A stretch of DNA of 10,029 nucleotides from the NCBI RefSeq assembly GCF_006345805.1, contig NW_021827797.1:1-10029 (forward strand), read 5' to 3'. Both the position numbers and the translations under genes were made by a program. The notes below the pieces were generated by a model. That model was not told where the DNA came from, made no database searches, and saw nothing but the letters and a program-made list of their open reading frames with translations. This DNA comes from Octopus sinensis (lineage: Eukaryota). Shown here piece by piece: positions 7,149-10,029 of the stretch; the first letter of the stretch is position 1, and each line of letters starts with the position of its first letter.

Positions 7149-7569
7149 TATTTCGAGTGCAATATGCATAATTTGTTACACAATAAGTGATATATTTGGA
7201 AGTCGATAACTAGCGATATATATGAAAATAAAATATTTGGATTTCATTTATCAATTACTCTGGGCTGCTAGTTTCGACTGGGAGTCATCCGGTCTTGTCA
7301 CAGAGGTCATAAGCAATGAACTGATAGTGGCCAGTAAATATGTAAACTTTCAGTCAAACAAATGCTGGAAGGCTGCCAGTTTGCTTTCGATTAAATATGT
7401 TACCAATCAAGGTGCTGTCGCTGTAGTTTGTGATAGTGGTTCTCCGTCGAAGGCGATGAGGATTCATTTTTTTCATTTTTACAGCATAATTACATTATCC
7501 AACAACTGGAATAGAGATAAAGAATTAATAAAACTCATTGAGTCAATGTGACAATATTATAAGTATTTA

Positions 7570-8175
7570 TGTGTGTGTGTATTTCATTTTTGTAGTTGTC
7601 TTGCAAGACTTTTGAGGTGTGTGTGTGTGTGTGTGTGCATATGTATATGCACATGCATATAGGCAAATGGATATGACAGACGGATGGGTACATTAGTAAT
7701 ATGAACAGACAAGCACACAAACACACATACGCAAATGAGGAGTGAAACACGTGACCATATAGACACACACTTCACTTCACGCAAGGACACATATGGAGAA
7801 ACACATCCATGCATACGGACACTGTACATATAGCCACAAACACCCATACACACACACACATAGACACACTCAAACTCAGACATGCACACACAAGGAGACA
7901 GAGGTACACACGCACACACACACACAGGCAAGCACACACAAACACATAAAAAGGACACACAAACACGAACGCACAAGCAGACAAACACATGAATATGCAG
8001 AATACATACGTACAAACGTACACACATACATATATACATACGTACACACATACACACACATGTATGCATACATACATACAAACGTACATGCATACATACA
8101 TGCATACATACACGCATACATACATGTGTATGCGCACATACACTGACCCACACACATGCGCACAAACAAACAAAA
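7570..8175. repeat. Degenerate TG/CA/CATA low-complexity region
   Basis: (TG)n at ~7618-7636, then a decayed CA-rich and CATA-rich tract to ~8170. It is the source of the His/Thr-rich and Cys/Val-rich pseudo-ORFs. Confidence 0.88.
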
Positions 8176-8275
8176 TGAACGCAGCTTGAATAACAGACAG
8201 AGTCAACAACTATTGAAAAATTTGCAAAACGCAACAAAAATTTTCGAAAAATAAGTAAATGAGTGGAAATTTTAC

Positions 8276-8301
8276 CGGTGTGTGTGTTAAATTATAAGGC
8301 A
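8276..8301 (-). CDS. Candidate 26-nt micro-exon (xPYNLTHTP, phase 1 to 0)
   Basis: gagtcattctcttttag|TGCC...CCG|gtaaaa. Only one frame is open. No homology recognised. Confidence 0.22.
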
Positions 8302-8450
8302 CTAAAAGAGAATGACTCTACCCAGACACAACAGAGTAAAGAAAAAGTTGCGCGTGCTAGCTCGTGGAAGGTGAATGAGGACCGCGTCATCATCGAGGAT
8401 GGACATTTCATCCTTTGTTTAGGTCACAGGCTATGACAAAAGAATGTTAA

Positions 8451-8874
8451 TACTCTTACTCTTTACTCTTTCACTTGTTTCACTTATTTGACTGCGGCCA
8501 TGCTGGAGCACCGCCTCTAATCGACCAACTCGACCCCGGGGCTTATTCTTTTTGTAAGCCCAGTACTTATTCTATCGGTCTCTTTTGCCGAACCGCTAAG
8601 TAACGGGGACATAAACACACCAGCATCGGTTGTCAAGCAATGCTAGGGGGACGAACACAGTCACACAAACATACACGCACACACACACATATATATATAT
8701 ATACATATATACGACGGGCTTCTTTCAGTTTCCGTCTACCAAATCTACTCACAAGGTTTTGGTCGGCCCGAGGCTATAGTAGAAGACACTTGCCCAAGGT
8801 GCTACGCAGTGGGACTGAATCTGGAACCATGTGGTTGGTAAGCAAGCTACTTACCACACAGCCACTCCTGCGCC
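8451..8874 (-). mobile_element. Young family-1 tRNA-derived SINE, copy C
   Basis: Full-length alignment to copies A and B, same head and internal microsatellite. The tail repeats are shortened (GAAAGAG, TAAAGAG, TAAGAG). Confidence 0.95.
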
Positions 8875-9293
8875 TAATAAACTAATTTATTTATATATTT
8901 TTTACTGCACCGGTTGCATTACTCCTTAGATCTTAGATTTGTTATTTATTTGATATCACAACTGAAGGGTGATACAACCAGTGCGTGTATTTTAACTGAC
9001 AGTTTTATATGAATATGTATTACGCCACTGTGTGTGTGTGCAAATATGTATTAATGTGTATATGACATGTCCCGTGATTTTGAGCCCATATTAGTTACTT
9101 TTATGTTTGAGTTCAAATACTGCTTTGGTTTTCCCTTATGTTTCATCTTTCGAAAATGAAGAGAAAAAATATTATATCATTAACGAAAATATGTGTACTA
9201 TTCTAAAAATGATTATCTTGAAACGGCTAAGATAGCAAAATTTGCTAACTGGTGGCGGAATAATGGAATATATCAACCCTGTTATTTGTTCAC

Positions 9294-9339
9294 CGTTATT
9301 GTCATTGATCTCAGAATGAGAAACAGAAGAATGTTGGTC
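9294..9339 (-). CDS. Candidate 46-nt exon (DQHSSVSHSEINDNN, phase 0 to 1)
   Basis: cctgacttcaaattttaccag|GAC...ACG|gtgaac, with a CTGAC branch-like motif upstream. It lies in track ORF 9172..9384. An alternative donor at 9249 would give 90 nt. Confidence 0.2.
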
Positions 9340-9415
9340 CTGGTAAAATTTGAAGTCAGGACTTAGAGAAACAGAACCAAACAATGTTACACATGTAGTT
9401 TGACGTTTCTCTCAC

Positions 9416-9444
9416 CCACAACGTCTTAGTTTTTATAAATATTT
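9416..9444 (-). CDS. Candidate 29-nt micro-exon (xIFIKTKTLW, phase 1 to 0)
   Basis: ttattttactcattcctgtttag|AAAT...TGG|gtgaga. Strong signals on both sides and only one open frame. Confidence 0.25.
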
Positions 9445-9506
9445 CTAAACAGGAATGAGTAAAATAATTCTAGCAGCAGTAGCAATATAGATAACTACAA
9501 CGATAT

Positions 9507-9614
9507 CAGTATTTAACTGGTATGGATTTTCTCAAGACCTGAAGATGAAAATCAAATTCGACCTTGGCGAGATTTGAACTCAGAACGTAAAGGAACACAA
9601 TTACGTACAATAAG
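9507..9614 (-). mobile_element. Old fragment of family-2 tRNA-derived SINE
   Basis: CAGT.TTTAACTGGTA...GATGAAA..CAAA.TCGACCT.GGCG..ATTTGAACTCAGAACGTAAAG aligns to 9867-9960. Confidence 0.75.
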
Positions 9615-9776
9615 TTTTTTTTTTCTTCTATAGGAACAACGCCTGAAATTCTGGGGGAGGGTTTAATTGATTACATCGACTCAAGTACTCAATTGGTACT
9701 CGTTTTATCGACTCTGAAAGGATGAACGGCAAGGTCGACCTCAAAACATAAAGGACGAACGAACGAACGAAATACC
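9615..9776 (-). mobile_element. Intermediate-age family-2 SINE, head-truncated, with an alternative 3' tail
   Basis: 9667-9741 aligns to 9851-9926 (GATTACATCGAC...TTTATCGAC...GAAAGGATGAA.GGCAA.GTC.ACCTC). The B-box segment is deleted between CTC microhomologies. The 3' tail at 9615-9666 differs from the young copy and ends in an A-run on the minus strand. Confidence 0.8.
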
Positions 9777-10012
9777 TATTTCCTATTTCTTTATTACCCA
9801 CAAGGGGCTAAACATAGAGGGGACAAACAAGGACAGACATAGGTATTAAGTCGATTACATCGACCCCAGTGCGTAACTGGTACTTAATTTATCGACCCCG
9901 AAAGGATGAAAGGCAAAGTCAACCTCGGCGGAATTTGAACTCAACGTAATGACAAGCGAAATACCGCTAAGAATTTCGTCCGGCGTGATAATGATTCTGC
10001 TAGCCCGCCGCC
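9777..10012 (-). mobile_element. Young, full-length family-2 tRNA-derived SINE
   Basis: Minus strand starts GGCGGCGGGC, with A box-like TAGCAGAATC (9993-10002) and B box GAGTTCAAATTCC (9930-9942). Central GCCTTTCATCCTTTCGGGGTCGATAAATTAAGTACCAG resembles conserved central SINE domains of other animals (superfamily name not assigned). Tail ends in (GAAATAG) repeats. Confidence 0.92.
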
Positions 10013-10029
10013 TTACCGTTACAAAAATG

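Noticed and set aside
6840-8237. His/Thr-rich and Cys/Val-rich ORFs (6840..7169, 7018..7209, 7535..8237 and overlaps)
   Set aside because: They are microsatellite and low-complexity artefacts with no non-repetitive domain.
5735-8430. Plus-strand splice-like signals (e.g. acceptor near 5761, donor at 8371 with acceptor at 8422)
   Set aside because: They did not assemble into phase-consistent open exons. They also show how common such motifs are, which is why the minus-strand model has low confidence.
5318-8885. ORFs 5318..5698, 5892..6143, 6137..6340, 6280..6465 and 8640..8885 with similar peptides
   Set aside because: They are wholly or partly translations of family-1 SINE copies, so their mutual similarity reflects the repeat rather than a protein family.
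1-10029. CRISPR array, rRNA, operon or prokaryotic systems
   Set aside because: There are no regularly spaced direct repeats with unique spacers, no rRNA-like sequence and no gene-dense organisation.

Overview
Eukaryotic, AT-rich, repeat-dominated genomic DNA. The SINE families and microsatellite load point to an octopus (coleoid cephalopod) genome; this is inferred from pattern recognition, not a database search. No complete protein-coding ORF or RNA gene is supported: most ORFs in the track translate microsatellites or SINEs. The window holds a ~1.1 kb (CATA)n array and many TA/CA/GA/GATA/TATG tracts (roughly 30% of the window by eye). It also holds four copies of a ~400 bp tRNA-derived SINE (family 1: three young, one old copy interrupted by a foldback-like MITE) and three stacked copies of a second tRNA-derived SINE (family 2). 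Other mobile elements are two short mariner-derived MITEs, the decayed 3' end of a CR1/L2-group LINE, and a probable Penelope-like remnant with a degenerate hammerhead-like motif. The best-supported unusual signals are: (1) the LINE 3' tail is homologous to the family-1 SINE tail, with a compensatory change in a shared stem-loop; (2) both SINE families share a double-hairpin module with compensatory substitutions; (3) the family-1 copies are head/tail mosaics and the family-2 copies have swapped tails. A low-confidence chain of phase-compatible micro-exons on the minus strand may indicate that the window is the 3' end of a host gene.
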